DNA of 45,092 bases, from assembly GCA_038213805.1 (NCBI GenBank), contig JBBQSO010000042.1, forward strand, positions 1-45,092. Reading direction: 5' to 3'. The notes below the pieces were generated by a model. It was given only the letters and a program-made list of their open reading frames with translations, did not search any database and was not told the DNA's origin. How positions within the stretch are numbered: the stretch's first letter is position 1; each line of letters opens with the position of its first letter. Positions 44,905 to 45,092 of this stretch are shown here, one piece after another. Made by a program: the position numbers and the translations under genes. The stretch comes from Planctomycetota bacterium. Lineage in GTDB: Bacteria > Planctomycetota > UBA11346.

Positions 44905-45092
44905 CCCGCGGAGCGGACGGAAGAAAGCAGCCCAGGGCGTTAGCCCTAACCATTACCCACAAGTCTGCGTCGGCCGGGAACCACAGGCCGGAAGGTCGTC
45001 TGCCGTGAGCGCCAACGGCGCGACCAGACGGGCAGCCCAGGGCAACGCCCTGGGTTCATGGGAATACATGACGTTCGAGCCCTGAAGGGGCG
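44905..45092 (+). mobile_element. Third REP/MITE copy, left part only (truncated by window end)
   Basis: REP arm 44905-44947, terminal repeat 44948-44965, then linker and inner arm colinear with 29826-29952. Confidence 0.75.

Overview
Very GC-rich bacterial DNA whose domain content (PVC-type heme-binding CxxCH proteins, DUF1592/DUF1588 plus DUF1552 pairs, ECF sigma/FecR pair, DWG-motif Ser/Thr kinase) points to Planctomycetota or a related PVC organism. About 21 complete genes form a carbohydrate-use island. It holds a sugar porter, three clan-A glycoside hydrolases (one GH50-like), a ricin-lectin/esterase/SMP-30 fusion, three beta-propeller dehydrogenase-cytochrome c fusions, two DUF1592-DUF1552 operons and two Asp-box propeller proteins. 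Regulators are two LacI proteins, a GntR-LacI hybrid, an ECF sigma/anti-sigma pair and a receptor kinase. No rRNA, tRNA, CRISPR array or transposase was seen. The most striking non-coding signal is a ~400 bp non-autonomous element with an 18-20 bp terminal repeat (ACCCATTACCCACAAGTC[AG]). It always sits at the same position inside a REP-like hairpin, shows a perfect 14 bp target duplication in one copy, and itself carries REP doublets. Family assignments come from motif recognition by eye, not database searches. Many start codons were moved downstream of the ORF-track starts.
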